A DNA stretch of 64,000 nucleotides from NCBI GenBank assembly GCA_040285855.1, contig JAUFOQ010000016.1:186001-250000 (forward strand). Reading direction: 5' to 3'. The stretch is from Eukaryota sp. GEM-RC1. Taxonomy: Eukaryota. The first letter of the stretch is position 1. Every line of letters starts with the position of its first letter. Made by a program: the position numbers and the translations under genes. Positions 62,301-64,000 of this stretch are shown piece after piece. The notes under the pieces were generated by a model. It was not told where the DNA came from and made no database searches. It saw nothing but the letters and a program-made list of their open reading frames with translations.

Positions 62301-63009
62301 TTTTTCCAGAGAAGGGCTCATGAAGAAAAGAAGATTCATCAAGAGCTTTCCGTGGGATCTCGAGAGTAGCTTGAAAGATCTGAATAAGTATTGATGAGTT
62401 TACTTGAGTAAGACGTAGATCAAGGGTTTTGAGGGAATTGTTACGTCTGAGAGAGTCAAGAAGGTATTTGGCACCTGTATCAGAAATGGGATTGTGGAAA
62501 AGAGAAAGATATACGAGATTAGAAGTCTCTAGAGCATTAGCCAAATGAAAAGCACCAATGTCATGGACATTGTTATCACGGAGATCTAGACGTCGTAAAG
62601 TGGGTACTGATTTAATAATATCAGCTACGGTTGCAGCGCCAGTATCTGTTAAGTTATTTTGGGCAAGAAGAAGTGTATGAAGAGGGGGCGTAGAATTGGA
62701 TGACGTGAGAGCAACAAGCAATGTTAACAATCCGGAATCGTCAATACAATTGTCTCCTAGATCAATAGACTCGATGAAAGGAGGTAAGCAAGAAAAAATG
62801 GTAGACAAACCAGACGAGCCGATACCACAACTCCAAAGATCGATTGCTACAAGGTTTTGTACAGACGGTAGTAAATGGCTTAAACTATGCAAAAACGAAC
62901 TGGAAAGATCAAAGAACCGTAAATATAAAGAATAAAGTTGATCGTTCTCTATGAGCCGGAGAAGGGATTGCAGATGTTGTCTGGATGGTGAAAAGGGTGT
63001 CATATCCAT
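59347..63009 (-). CDS. LRR - long heptad coiled coil - SPRY-like protein
   Basis: N-terminal RI-type LRRs, about 2 kb of 7-aa repeats, then SWRVRYKG...IFVGVI...GEILEITFD...YCPVF. ORF pieces are split by 1-nt indels; corrected end PVFCLKHSGSELELV* at 59347-59349. Confidence 0.8.
59935..61990 (-). repeat. Coding minisatellite of 21-bp units with 84/126-bp and 462-bp higher-order periods
   Basis: Units SSREDQL, SEKESLF, AQREELI, SEKESDL, LSREVQF, SAKETDI; near-identical blocks at 60740 and 61202 are offset by 462 bp. Confidence 0.95.
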
Positions 63010-63655
63010 TTGTTGAACTGTCTTGACATAGAGTGATGGACAGGAAATATTTGAAATTATGACTTTGTGGTGTCAACAATTCTTCGAGTTGAACTACAAA
63101 AGACAAGAGTTCCTTTCGTTGTAGTTCACCGTTATGTATGAAGCAGCGGGCTTTATCTCAAGACCCCACTTTGCTGATCAAATTGATTCGACTTGACAGA
63201 TTTCGTATATAATTTGGAGTACTTCAATTTCGGTGAACAACGACGAACCGGTATACCATAGGTATTACTTTGTATTTTTGACGAGTGCCTGCTAGTGTCT
63301 ACATTGCAAGTACGTTTTCAATGATGGCTTCAGATTATACCCAATAGACAACTGTCATAACAGGATCCTTCTTCATGGTCTTACATCTTTTGTTATGGAC
63401 TCAGCTTCTTCCTGTTCAAGTTAAATGATTATGGTATGTGTTACATGAACTCAACAAAATCTCACCATAATCAAATTAAAAGATACATTGGGAAACTACA
63501 AGTTACAAATTCAATAGTGAGTTTCATGACATGTTCCTATTGTAAGAAAAAGAAAGTTAAAAACAGAACTAATCTTACAGACACAATTTAATATTCACTA
63601 TCATCGATAAAATAAAACGGATATTAAAAGAATTGAACCTACTTTAGACGTTCAT

Positions 63656-64000
63656 CTACATAACAAAACGTCGAATAATCGCAAAAATCAAAATAATTAG
63701 ACTAATAACCGCTAACTTGAACCAAAGCTTAGAATACACAGTAATATCAACTGGTCGCTTTATAATATCAGGTTCCTCTCTAGGTAAAACTCTAGAAACC
63801 CCAGTTGCCGAAACCCCTAGAGAAACAAGATTGTTAGTTGAAAGGAAGAAAGACCGGAGTTTACAATATACCTTCATACTTGATCGTTCAGTGTCGAGAC
63901 CGATGAATACTGCAGCTAAAGTACATTCATCGTTAACTAAAAGATTAATAGAAGATACGGCGAGTTCTTTGCAGAGGAAGAGGCGGACATGGTGTAGAAT
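63656..64000 (-). CDS. 3' end of a protein with a C-terminal transmembrane anchor (partial)
   Basis: Frame is open from the window end; ends WFKLAVISLIILIFAIIRRFVM. Confidence 0.6.
   Translation of the reverse strand: MLHHVRLFLCKELAVSSINLLVNDECTLAAVFIGLDTERSSMKVYCKLRSFFLSTNNLVSLGVSATGVSRVLPREEPDIIKRPVDITVYSKLWFKLAVISLIILIFAIIRRFVM

Overview
Compact, AT-rich eukaryotic nuclear DNA from a flagellated protist. A metamonad-like lineage is inferred from the 25-33 nt introns with the branch point abutting the 3' splice site and from very short intergenic gaps; the standard genetic code is used. Conserved genes: an axonemal inner-arm dynein heavy chain (DNAH1-like, partial), a zinc-finger protein, an EF-hand protein, a STE11-like kinase, XPB, an M3 peptidase, PheRS-beta, a NAGPA-like phosphodiester glycosidase, a CDF zinc transporter, Elongin C, transportin-1 and IDI1. 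They are interleaved with expanded LRR and BTB/SPRY families and dense transposon debris: at least 5 hAT-type non-autonomous families with 8-bp TSDs (one triple-nested), TA-flanked Tc1/mariner-type MITEs, and five RLE-type non-LTR retrotransposon 3' ends. Many genes are split in the ORF track by single-base indels in homopolymers, most likely assembly errors. Two features are essentially invisible in the ORF track: a prokaryotic-type ferritin gene split by five micro-introns (50616-51283), and a degenerate, internally deleted Fanzor (eukaryotic TnpB-derived nuclease) gene (35313-35880). All assignments are by eye from motifs; no searches were run.
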